A DNA stretch of 64,000 bases, taken from positions 19,773 through 83,772 of the forward strand of contig PQXC01000008.1 of assembly GCA_003194435.1 (NCBI GenBank). The letters run 5' to 3'. Source of the DNA: Candidatus Methanophagaceae archaeon. GTDB taxonomy: Archaea > Halobacteriota > Syntropharchaeia > Alkanophagales > Methanospirareceae. Below, piece by piece: positions 47,604 to 56,571 of this stretch. The notes beneath the pieces are model-generated. The model was not told the origin of the DNA. It saw nothing but the letters and a program-made list of their open reading frames with translations, and did no database searches. A program made the position numbers and the translations under genes. The stretch's first letter is position 1. Every line of letters starts with the position of its first letter.

Positions 47604-47825
47604 TTAACGAATATCGGTGGATTTACGCTTGTAACGCTCAGTGATGAAGACCCGTTTTGCTCTGTACCTCACTTTCGCTTCATCATAATCATATTGCTCC
47701 ACGAGCTTCGCAAGCAATCGCTTTTTACTCTCTCCCTCGAGTCCCAGGTCTGACATTATCGCTTCTACTATCCTGTCCTTGTCCTTATTCTTATCTTCAT
47801 TCCCGGGCTTATCTTCTTCGCTCAT
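47604..47825 (-). CDS. Small hypothetical acidic/basic protein
   Basis: 73-aa ORF with an RBS-like context; no motif. Confidence 0.25.
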   Translation of the reverse strand: MSEEDKPGNEDKNKDKDRIVEAIMSDLGLEGESKKRLLAKLVEQYDYDEAKVRYRAKRVFITERYKRKSTDIR

Positions 47826-47979
47826 CTATCGTATTGCGGATTACGGATTGCGGAGCTGTGTTCGTTTATTTAGTCGTTTGTATTGTACCTGTACTATCCA
47901 GTATATTTATTGTCTCTTCTTATATTTAGGTAGTCTCACTTTTAAATGTTGTTAGACATATAGCAGCAACGGAACATAA

Positions 47980-48105
47980 AAAAACGGTAAGACCCGTAAA
48001 GTTGTCCAGCGTTACCAGTGCAAGAACTGCAGGCACATTCACAGATGCGTGAAGGAGGAGGTATTTTTTAAGAATTTCTGTGAATATTCTGGTGCTTCCT
48101 CATAA
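47980..48105 (+). mobile_element. Remnant of an IS1-family InsA-like transposase N-terminal zinc-ribbon region (KNGKTRKVVQRYQCKNCRHI...); no start codon, about 40 codons
   Basis: Matches the InsA pattern KNGK-x4-QRYxCKxCxxxF. The open frame is bounded by stops, has no ATG, and lies in an AT-rich intergenic spacer. Confidence 0.4.
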
Positions 48106-48109
48106 GCTT

Positions 48110-51100
48110 TTATGCCCTCCTGCTGTTATTTCCATCACGCATCCTATTATACATATTCTGCGACTCTGAAAAAATATGAATAAGCCATCTACTCCCTTCT
48201 CTACTCTCCAAACGCTCAATCGCATTTCTTAAAACCTCCTCATCCATGTATCCCATTTCATTCAATCTCTCCTTTATATCATTCACAGAATCACTCCCTG
48301 AAAAAGAATGCAATAGTAGAATATGTCCTGCAACCACACGCTCACTTTCCTCTCCTAATCCTAATATCCAACCACAAGCCCTTATTGCATACTCTATTCT
48401 TCGCTCATTCGTGAAAAGATTTCCCGCACGCAGCATATCCTCCCTCGCTCTACCATACTCGCCTAATCTCACATAAGCGAGACCTCTGTTGTAGTATGCT
48501 TCCGCAAGATCAGGATTCAGTTTTATCGCCTTGTCGTAATCTTCTATCGCTCTATCATACTCGCCTAATCTCACATAAGCGAGACCTCTGTTGTAGTATG
48601 CTTTCGCATAATCTTTATTCAGTTCTATCGCCTTATTGAAATCTTCTATCGCTCTACCATACTCGCCTAATTCCGCATAAGCGAGACCTCTGTTGCTGTA
48701 TGCTTTCGCATAATCTTTATTCAGTTCTATCGCCTTATTGAAATCTTCTATCGCTCTACCATACTCGCCTAATCTCACATAAGCGAGACCTCTGTTGCTG
48801 TATGCTTCCGCAAAATCAGGATTCAGTTTTATCGCCTTATTGAAATCTTCTATCGCTCTATCATACTCGCCTAATTCCGTATAAGCGACACCTCTGTTGT
48901 TGTTGTATGCTTCCGCATATTCATTTAGTTCCAGAGATGTGCTATATGCCTTAATTGAACTCTCAAAATCCTTCTGTTCATATAAAGCATTTCCGAGATA
49001 GAAGAAATGTGCTGCAAGAGAGAGGCGAGCGATATCCTTTCCAGGAGCTTCAACATGTTCCACTTTTTTGAAATAATTGTAAGCGAATAGCAGCATGCGA
49101 GCATCGGGAGGTGCATTTTCTGCGGCATCCGCTATCAGGTAGAAGAAGCTCATATTTTTACCTTCATCAAAAGCCTTTTTTATCTCCTCTCTTATCACTG
49201 CCTTCGCATCCATTAAATCTAAAGAGGCTTCAAGGAACTTTTCAGCAAGTTCTCTATCTTCTATTCCGCCTTCTATCGCACTATTTATCGCATCTCGCCA
49301 ATACTGTGATAATGAATATAACCTTCCTTCTCTCTGCAGATATTTTTCAAGCGCCTCTTTCTGCTCTTTTGCCTCATTTCCTTGTGCAATTCTTTCATAA
49401 ATCGCATCATAAAGGAATATTGAGAAAATTCTGAGCTTTGAGATTGTGATTAAGAGCTTAATGAAAGTCATATCACTTTCATCATTACGCAATAATTTTC
49501 TTATTGTGTCCATCAGAATGTTCTTAACACCTTTTGGCAATCTCTCTATTTCTTCCATGCTGAGTGTTCTATTGTGATGTTCATGCATCAAATGTCGTAT
49601 GTAGAAAGGGGCGTTGTTTGACCTCTCAACCAATAATTGCATCGCTTTGTTCAGCACTTCGCTCATTCTTCCGCTCTCAATCATTTCACATGCTTCATCT
49701 GGAGGAATGCCAGCAATACTTACATTGAAATACTTTATGTAGCTCGCAATGATCTTCCACATATCATCCGTTTCAGGTTTTACTTCATAAGGTATCAGTT
49801 CAAACCCTCTATCATAAACAACTCTCTGAAGAATGTCCTTTTCAGAATTTCTCATCGTTATAATCATTTTTGCACGGTTTCTCTTTGCAAAATCAACAAT
49901 TCTCTCGCATTTATTCCTTAACGCTTCTTCCACATTGCCATTCGCTTTCAAATGTCCGAGAGCATCAATTACAATGAATTTCCTATATTCATGCTCAACC
50001 TGTGATATAGATGATTCGTATTCGTATGAATTAAGGAATATAACTTCTTCCTTCCCCCGCTCGATAATACGCTCAACAAGGAGAAGCATGTATGTCGTCT
50101 TTCCCACACCTATATCGCCGTGTATAGCGAGAATCTGCCCCTCCGAAGGCTCTTTAAACTCATAATAATTATATACGGTTGATTTGAACTCTTCCCATGT
50201 CTGAAATCCCTTTTTGTAGGGCGTTTCTAAAAATCTATCATCTTCAACTACATTCTTCAATTCATCTTCATTTCTCACGCGCTTATACGCCTCTATTGTT
50301 CTTATTGGAGGTCTTTCTTCAAGCTCAGGAGGTTCAATAACATTAAAATCAAGTTCAAAATGCAAATTGTATCGCTCAAGAACATCTCTTACACTATTCA
50401 ATTCCTCTTCGATTTTCTCTTTCACTTTATCTGCGACATTGTTTTCTTTGTGGTCTTTGTATTTCAGGAGCATTTCTACATATATCTCGCTTCCTTTTAT
50501 CTCTACTCTCTCCACTATTTCGTGTTTCCAGTATTCTTCCTGGGATTCCTGCGGGATTTGTGGTAGACGCCTGTAATCTTCTGGGGGTAGGCGATTCTTA
50601 CCGCAGTCAAGGGCATCTGCGAGCCTGAGCAATGCTGCTAAAAATCTTGTGCGAACATTCTCACCTGCGATATGAATTGTGCTCTCCTCATCAACATCAT
50701 TTATGGCAACCTTACTGCTGTGAGCACGGCAAATCCATTGAATAATTGTCGCTTCTGTTTTACCACTTAACTCTATTTCTCTCAAATGCTTGCTGATATA
50801 TTCAGCACTTCGCTTGTGATGTTCTTTCCTGATTCTATTGCAAACTTCAGGATCATTAATATCCTCACCTTCCCGCATTAACATCCCGATGTCATGGAGC
50901 CAAGCACTGCATTTCAGCAGGAAATTCTCATATTCACTTAGATTCACACCTTCGGTGAGTTTATCCAGTATTTTGATTACTGCCTCTGAATGCCCTGGAC
51001 CGTGGTCAGTGTAATATCTGAAAAGACCTTGAGAGTGTATATATGGTAGTTTTCGCATGCAAAACTCCTTTATTTTTTCAAGTCTTTCACCGAGATTATG

Positions 51101-51121
51101 ATTAGACATGAATCTCACCAT
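48110..51121 (-). CDS. HD-domain / P-loop NTPase / TPR-repeat protein (STAND-like candidate defence NTPase)
   Basis: N-terminal HD (HGPGHSEAV...AWLHDIGML...RLADALD); Walker A LAIHGDIGVGKTTYML; Walker B KFIVIDALGH; at least 8 C-terminal TPR units (AEAYxNRGLAYxxLGEYxRAIEDFNKAIELN). Confidence 0.6.
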   Translation of the reverse strand: MVRFMSNHNLGERLEKIKEFCMRKLPYIHSQGLFRYYTDHGPGHSEAVIKILDKLTEGVNLSEYENFLLKCSAWLHDIGMLMREGEDINDPEVCNRIRKEHHKRSAEYISKHLREIELSGKTEATIIQWICRAHSSKVAINDVDEESTIHIAGENVRTRFLAALLRLADALDCGKNRLPPEDYRRLPQIPQESQEEYWKHEIVERVEIKGSEIYVEMLLKYKDHKENNVADKVKEKIEEELNSVRDVLERYNLHFELDFNVIEPPELEERPPIRTIEAYKRVRNEDELKNVVEDDRFLETPYKKGFQTWEEFKSTVYNYYEFKEPSEGQILAIHGDIGVGKTTYMLLLVERIIERGKEEVIFLNSYEYESSISQVEHEYRKFIVIDALGHLKANGNVEEALRNKCERIVDFAKRNRAKMIITMRNSEKDILQRVVYDRGFELIPYEVKPETDDMWKIIASYIKYFNVSIAGIPPDEACEMIESGRMSEVLNKAMQLLVERSNNAPFYIRHLMHEHHNRTLSMEEIERLPKGVKNILMDTIRKLLRNDESDMTFIKLLITISKLRIFSIFLYDAIYERIAQGNEAKEQKEALEKYLQREGRLYSLSQYWRDAINSAIEGGIEDRELAEKFLEASLDLMDAKAVIREEIKKAFDEGKNMSFFYLIADAAENAPPDARMLLFAYNYFKKVEHVEAPGKDIARLSLAAHFFYLGNALYEQKDFESSIKAYSTSLELNEYAEAYNNNRGVAYTELGEYDRAIEDFNKAIKLNPDFAEAYSNRGLAYVRLGEYGRAIEDFNKAIELNKDYAKAYSNRGLAYAELGEYGRAIEDFNKAIELNKDYAKAYYNRGLAYVRLGEYDRAIEDYDKAIKLNPDLAEAYYNRGLAYVRLGEYGRAREDMLRAGNLFTNERRIEYAIRACGWILGLGEESERVVAGHILLLHSFSGSDSVNDIKERLNEMGYMDEEVLRNAIERLESREGSRWLIHIFSESQNMYNRMRDGNNSRRA
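48470..48910. repeat. Near-identical tandem array of 102-bp units (4-5 copies) encoding consecutive TPR repeats inside the HD-NTPase-TPR gene
   Basis: ctcgcctaat(c/t)(t/c)c(a/g)(c/t)ataagcgagacctctgttg..gtatgct(t/c)(t/c)cgca...atcgccttattgaaatcttctatcgctcta.catactcgcc recurs with a 102-nt period. Confidence 0.8.
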
Positions 51122-51661
51122 CCCATGAGGGTTTCTTATAGGTTTTATTGTTATTTTTCATAAAGATTAAAGATTACTTGCCTGAATATTATACGGTCTC
51201 TTCTCATACAAAACTTCTTCCAGCAGACCTGTTCTACAAAATACTTTTCCAACGTGCCCATCAACAATCATCACATCAATTGTTTCAATCCACAAAACCC
51301 GGACAAAATTCATTTCCGGTTTTAACTTAGGAATTTAAGAATAAAGTGCCATAACTTATCTGCCTTATCGAGCTTCTCCATGACCTCCTCCTTACCTCGC
51401 TCTATAATATTCATCGCAGCGCTATTCAATACCTTACCAGAGGCTTTTTCAATCATACGATAAAGAGGTGAGAGAGCGATAGGGATAACGGTGCCAGATT
51501 TTCACGGGGATTTGAGTTAAAATGAACAGAGCTTCTCCAACTGGATGCCCCGCAATTTCATTGCGGAGTGGCGTGGATAGGGCTTTTAAAGGATGTGCGC
51601 AAGTTAAAACAGAAATATTAATATATTTAAAAAACAAAAGAGAAGAGAGAAGAATAACAAA

Positions 51662-52681
51662 ATGAAACTAAAGAAGATGTTTGCAGTAATTGTTCTGGTA
51701 GCCATAATTTCGGTTTCTTTTGCTGGATATCATCATTTTTTTGTCGGGAAAGAACAATTTGAAGGGGATTCATCTCCTCCAATTGTCTCAAATGCTTCCC
51801 TAGCTAATGTTTCTATTCTATTAAAATTAGAAGGGGTTTCGGTTAAGATAGCGTCTGATATGAACGAGAGCGCAGTTTGCTCTCTGCTTCAAAAAGAGCT
51901 TGAGGCTGATGTGAATCCCGTGGGAGAGGGAGTGTATGAAATAAGGAAAAACATTACAGAGGAGCATTTAACAGAGGTTTTGAAGAAGATAAACGCAAGC
52001 ATAGCAGAGGAAATAGATGATGAGCCGTTTTTTAAGGAAGGTATAACTCCCCAGACAAGGAACGAAACCTGGCAAATAATCAAGACGAAGTTAAATATGC
52101 TTGGTCTTGAAAACTTCACTGTGAGGACAAGCGGAGAAAACCTCTTGCGTATTAATATCACAGGTGTGGATGCTCAGGATGTTCAGATCGTGAAGGATAT
52201 AATAGGTGTACCGGGAAAGTTTGAAATAAGAATTCAGACGGGTGGTAAAGGTGGAGACATAAATGCAGGACAAAGATTAGAAGATATTGAGAATATCACT
52301 GCCCATGTCATTTATGCGAGCGAAGGAATAGAAAGCGCGGGAACGATACCAGTGAGAGTAGGAGGGGACTCACTATGGGGTGTTCCTTTCTCACTGAAAA
52401 AGGAAGCTGCTGCTAAGTTGAGGGATGATGCGGAGAAGTATGGTGCTTTGGATAACCCAATGGACCACGAAATCGCTATGCTGCTCGACGATGTGGTGAT
52501 ATATAGTGCTCCTTTGTCACCGGAGCTTGCGAGTGAGATGAAGACAAAAAAGATAGAGAACTTAGTTGTTGAAACTGGGCTTGGAGAGGAGGGATTTAAG
52601 AAGACAAAAGAGCTAATAATTCATTTAAGAGCGGGTACAATGCCAGTTAATGTTAAATTAGTTCGTTTTGTTAGCCTATAA
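51662..52681 (+). CDS. Paralog of the extracytoplasmic domain of the 11511 SecD-like protein, lacking the C-terminal TM bundle (signal-anchored, 339 aa)
   Basis: TKLNMLGLENFTVRTSGENLL...GKFEIRIQTGGKGG...ENITAHVIYASEGI...KYGALDNPMDHEIAMLLDDVVIYS...LIIHLRAGTMPVNVKLV aligns with residues ~140-340 of the 11511 protein. Confidence 0.45.
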   Translation: MKLKKMFAVIVLVAIISVSFAGYHHFFVGKEQFEGDSSPPIVSNASLANVSILLKLEGVSVKIASDMNESAVCSLLQKELEADVNPVGEGVYEIRKNITEEHLTEVLKKINASIAEEIDDEPFFKEGITPQTRNETWQIIKTKLNMLGLENFTVRTSGENLLRINITGVDAQDVQIVKDIIGVPGKFEIRIQTGGKGGDINAGQRLEDIENITAHVIYASEGIESAGTIPVRVGGDSLWGVPFSLKKEAAAKLRDDAEKYGALDNPMDHEIAMLLDDVVIYSAPLSPELASEMKTKKIENLVVETGLGEEGFKKTKELIIHLRAGTMPVNVKLVRFVSL

Positions 52682-52748
52682 TGCCCCTCGGATGCCAATT
52701 TATTGCGGGGTAGCGAGGATTGGGCGTAAACTGGAAGATTAGTTAATA

Positions 52749-53114
52749 CTACCCTGTCGCATTTTCCGGCACATATATCACCTCGCCCGTTGTCAGCCGG
52801 TATGCAGTCCCCAACTTCCTGCCTTGTCCGCCCGCGACCTGTTCCGTCATATTCATCACCTTTATCTCCTGCCCCTTCTTGATAATCACCTGCATATTCT
52901 CCTGACCCGGATTCTTCACTACCGTTATATCTGCAGTCGGGTTCAAGAGCTCCGGGACGCTCGCGGATATTACCAGTGCGACGAGAAGAGCAACGGCAAA
53001 CACCATCGCGGCATCAAACAGGTTTGCGACCCCGTTAAGTGGGTCCTCCCCTTCCTCTTCATCCAGAATCAACCGATTTCGCCTCCTCCCGCTTCTCATT
53101 ACCATTACCATCAC
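52749..53114 (-). CDS. ExbD/TolR-like single-TM protein (DUF2149-like)
   Basis: Basic N-terminus, one TM (MVFAVALLVALVISA), periplasmic beta-rich tail. Translationally coupled to the MotA/TolQ-like gene. Confidence 0.4.
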   Translation of the reverse strand: MMVMVMRSGRRRNRLILDEEEGEDPLNGVANLFDAAMVFAVALLVALVISASVPELLNPTADITVVKNPGQENMQVIIKKGQEIKVMNMTEQVAGGQGRKLGTAYRLTTGEVIYVPENATG

Positions 53115-53117
53115 CTT

Positions 53118-53735
53118 TTATTTCAGTACCTCCACCACGTATTCCATATCACTCAAATCCTGCGTGTACCACCTCTTCTTGACCAATGAGATTGTGTATG
53201 CTATACCGCCGCTAAGAAGTCCGAGAACCGTAGTGCTGAATGCCACAACCAGATTAGTTGCAAGTTGCTGAATGTTTCCCGCAGTGAGCCCCATCAATGC
53301 AGGTCCTAAGGGTATCAATGTGCCCATCAATCCGAACATGGGTCCCAGCTTTACCACCAGCCTCGCCTTCTCGAGCTCCTTTGCTATCCTTAGTTCATAG
53401 TCCTGAAGCAGCTTCTCCGCTTCTACCGCGAATTTATTCTCTTTTAGCGATTCTGTAAGGTCATTCAGGAAACTTCTGAGGAAGTCATTAGAGCCACTGG
53501 ACCTCAGGACTTCTGCTGCTTTTTTGTAATCCTGCATCTGCATATATTTCCTTGCGGCTCTACACCCAACCTTTAGTTTGGCTATATCCCTGTTTCTCGA
53601 TGCATATTCTGATATTAACTGCCCTATGGAAATGAGCGACCATGCCACCAGCCCGAGCAGTATAATGATTACAGGGTAGAGCAACGAGTTCGAAATCATG
53701 AACATCGCCCCAATTATTCCAGAAGTTGCGTCCAT
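53118..53735 (-). CDS. MotA/TolQ/ExbB-family proton-channel protein
   Basis: 3 TM; conserved LGPMFGLMGTLIPLGPALMGL channel helix. Confidence 0.55.
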   Translation of the reverse strand: MDATSGIIGAMFMISNSLLYPVIIILLGLVAWSLISIGQLISEYASRNRDIAKLKVGCRAARKYMQMQDYKKAAEVLRSSGSNDFLRSFLNDLTESLKENKFAVEAEKLLQDYELRIAKELEKARLVVKLGPMFGLMGTLIPLGPALMGLTAGNIQQLATNLVVAFSTTVLGLLSGGIAYTISLVKKRWYTQDLSDMEYVVEVLK

Positions 53736-54454
53736 TTTTTGCCTCCTTTTTCGCTCTTCATTCTTTTATACTTATCCACTAAAAATCCAAGCACTATAAG
53801 AAGAGTCATTACTGAGAATGAGAGAACTATCTTATGATAATCTACCGGGAACTCAGGGCTTGGAATGCTTTTAGCCTGAATATATGCCGGGATTATTAAA
53901 GGGGATAAGAAGTAAAATAGACCGAAGAATAGCATAACTGTGCCAAGTGTGGAAGGGTTTTTGATTTTTAATACGCTTGCGATTGAAGAAGTAGCAAAGG
54001 AAGATAAGCACACACCGATAAAGAAAATCACGCCCACCAAAAAGCCTATTCTCAGATTGCTGATCCTGGTAAGTCGAGATAGCATCAGACAGGCTAAAAA
54101 TGTCGCTGTTAAACATACTGGACATGGAACAGAGAGCCAGAGGAAAGTTCTTCTTGAGAGGTCATTGCCACGAGAAAGCCATTCCCTCTTCGTTTTTATC
54201 CCGAAATACACAAGCCCTGTTGCGATGATAAGGTGCATTGTAACACCCATTGCAAGTATATTTTGCGTTACATTCAGAGGGATAACACCTACCAGATAGC
54301 CGAGTACGATAGAAGTAATGAAATAAATAAGAGCCACGTAAACAATCTCTCTTTTCCCCAAGTTGGCGAAACCGCATCCTAAACCTGTTTTTAATGCCAG
54401 GATTGCTACGCCTATAATCACCCCCAGTGTAATTAGATTGCTTATCTCTGTCAT
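53714..54454 (-). CDS. Polytopic membrane protein (about 7 TM), first gene of the MotA/ExbD-like operon (possibly DUF2162-like)
   Basis: Hydrophobic throughout; overlaps the MotA-like gene start by 22 nt. Confidence 0.35.
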   Translation of the reverse strand: MTEISNLITLGVIIGVAILALKTGLGCGFANLGKREIVYVALIYFITSIVLGYLVGVIPLNVTQNILAMGVTMHLIIATGLVYFGIKTKREWLSRGNDLSRRTFLWLSVPCPVCLTATFLACLMLSRLTRISNLRIGFLVGVIFFIGVCLSSFATSSIASVLKIKNPSTLGTVMLFFGLFYFLSPLIIPAYIQAKSIPSPEFPVDYHKIVLSFSVMTLLIVLGFLVDKYKRMKSEKGGKKWTQLLE

Positions 54455-54806
54455 TTATCTTCTGCCTGTGCTCAATTTCTTTGTATTTGGATGACGTTAT
54501 CTATCTTTGTATTTGGATGACAAATATTACCCCAATACGAAATAGATCTAAACACTCTCAAACGATGTGTCTCAATACGCTACTGGAGGAGACTGTAATT
54601 ACAGGATACAGGAATCGAAGCGAACCAATCCGGGACGGGGGAGATTTTTGCAATAGCACTCTTTCGAATCTCCTTCTGTGGAACGCTCTCCGCTTTCTTC
54701 TTGATGTCTTCATAAGTGACCGCCGATAGGGAGACTTGGACGAGAAAAGCGATTCCTTTTGTTGTGTATCCCTTTTCTGTAATTTTATTTCCTCCTGAGT
54801 TTTTAT

Positions 54807-56528
54807 TCAGCAATCAACGGGTTCTAACATGTCATCATCTGCTGGCGACTCCCACAATGGCTTAAACAGCACACCTAATGTTCCGTCAGGGTCGGCTTTC
54901 CACTGTGCAATGTGCATTGCATCTGCCATTGTTACATCTCCATCGTCCGTAGTATCTGCACACTTGAGTTGACTCGCATTAAGACTTCTCAAGCCTGCTT
55001 TATACTGTGCAATGAACATAGCATCTGCCATTGTTATGTGCTCATCCATCGTGACATCACCTTCCATAAGTGTTGGGTTCACTTCAAATGTTCCATCAGT
55101 GACGGTATGCGGTATTGTGTTAGCACTTGCATCGGTTAGTTCCTTAACGTCAAGGTCTAACGAGCTTTTGTCTCCTGTATTTCCTACTGCTTTCAGTGTT
55201 ACGTATGCGAAAACAAAATCGCCTGTCTTTCCCGTAGCTGAGAACCAGGTCATCTTTGTCACGCCGGCTGCATTGTCTATTCCTGTTGTTACCGGACTGA
55301 GGTCTCCTTCTGATACGCTGTCCACGATTACTACGTCTTTGTTATACGATAGCCAGATGTTTGCAGTTCCTAAATTGGTGACATTTGTTATGCGAATTGG
55401 CACGGTAACCGTTGAACCCCTGGGCGCGGATGCTGATTCAATTGAGACTGTTGCTTTGCCATCTTCGCTTATGCAACACCAGCTCGGATCCAAGTCATCT
55501 GCAGAATTACTCGTTAGCTTCCTAACATTTGTTCCATCTGCATTCATCGCATAGATTTCCCAATCACCATCACGCTCTGAGGAAAACGCAATCTTCGTGC
55601 CATCAGGAGACCATGAAGGCACATAATCGGTATGGTAAGGGTCGTTTGTCAATCTGACCAAGTTGCTCCCGTCGGAGTCCATCACGTATATCTCTCCATA
55701 TGCACCATATCTGCCAGGAGTTATTTCAAGGAAACCATGGCGGAAGGAGTAAAACACTATTTTATCACCCACAGGAGACCAAGCAGGAGAACAATCGTCC
55801 ATCTTAATGCCTTTTGAATACGCTGGCGAAATGAGCCTTCGTTTGTTAGATCCATCCGCAGAATTCATCACATAGATTTCACTTCCGCCCATCGCAAAAA
55901 CAATCTTGCTACCATCGGGAGACCAAGCCTGATTACTGATTATAGCATGAGGATAGGCAAGGCGCTTAAGATTAGACCCGTCCGCATTCATCACATAGAT
56001 GCCGGTATTCGTGACAGAACTCCCAGACCTGAATGCAATCTTCTTACCATCTGGACTCCACGAAGGGTCCAAGTCTACGATTGAATTCTTAGTAAGCTGC
56101 ACTACATCAGAGCCATCGGAGTTCATCACATAGATCTCCAAATCACCGTCTCTATCTGAGGTAAAGGCAATCTTGGTCGCGTCTGGTGACCACACGGGGT
56201 TCCTATCACTTGCTGTATTATTCGTTAGCTTCTTAACATTTGTTCCGTCTGCATTCATCACGTATATCTCATCATCGCCGTCCCTATTCGACCTGAAGAC
56301 AATCTTGCCAACCAAATCGCCAGCATCGGCAACGTTAATTGGATGTTCGCTTTCAGATACGCTCGTTTGGTTAACGATAACGCTCGTTTGATTAACGATA
56401 ATAGCACTGCTAATTATCGCGCCATCAGCGTCATAAATTTTACTCACATCACTTGATATAACAGGCAAAACCGTCAAAATAGACATCAATATTATCGCTG
56501 CCACTACTATTGCAATTTCTTTCTTCAT
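54807..56528 (-). CDS. Secreted modular protein: signal peptide + PD40/TolB-like beta-propeller repeats + cohesin-like domain + C-terminal dockerin-like repeat pair
   Basis: Repeated IYVMNxDGSNxxxLT...SWSPDGxKIAF (PD40). Cohesin-like IWLSYNKDVV...GDFVFAYVTLKAVG. Dockerin-like GDVTMDEHITMADAMFIAQ and DTTDDGDVTMADAMHIAQ. Confidence 0.55.
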   Translation of the reverse strand: MKKEIAIVVAAIILMSILTVLPVISSDVSKIYDADGAIISSAIIVNQTSVIVNQTSVSESEHPINVADAGDLVGKIVFRSNRDGDDEIYVMNADGTNVKKLTNNTASDRNPVWSPDATKIAFTSDRDGDLEIYVMNSDGSDVVQLTKNSIVDLDPSWSPDGKKIAFRSGSSVTNTGIYVMNADGSNLKRLAYPHAIISNQAWSPDGSKIVFAMGGSEIYVMNSADGSNKRRLISPAYSKGIKMDDCSPAWSPVGDKIVFYSFRHGFLEITPGRYGAYGEIYVMDSDGSNLVRLTNDPYHTDYVPSWSPDGTKIAFSSERDGDWEIYAMNADGTNVRKLTSNSADDLDPSWCCISEDGKATVSIESASAPRGSTVTVPIRITNVTNLGTANIWLSYNKDVVIVDSVSEGDLSPVTTGIDNAAGVTKMTWFSATGKTGDFVFAYVTLKAVGNTGDKSSLDLDVKELTDASANTIPHTVTDGTFEVNPTLMEGDVTMDEHITMADAMFIAQYKAGLRSLNASQLKCADTTDDGDVTMADAMHIAQWKADPDGTLGVLFKPLWESPADDDMLEPVDC

Positions 56529-56571
56529 TTTTTTTCACCTCCTAATTTTATTATCCCGCTTTTCTAATATT

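Noticed and set aside
48470-48910. Regularly spaced near-identical repeats that could be mistaken for a CRISPR array
   Set aside because: Period is 102 bp with no unique spacers. The repeats are in frame and encode consecutive TPR units of a large ORF.
51450-51660. Structured-looking intergenic stretch (ccccgcaatttcattgcggag hairpin) considered as a small RNA
   Set aside because: Only a single short hairpin with no conserved motif recognisable; left unannotated.
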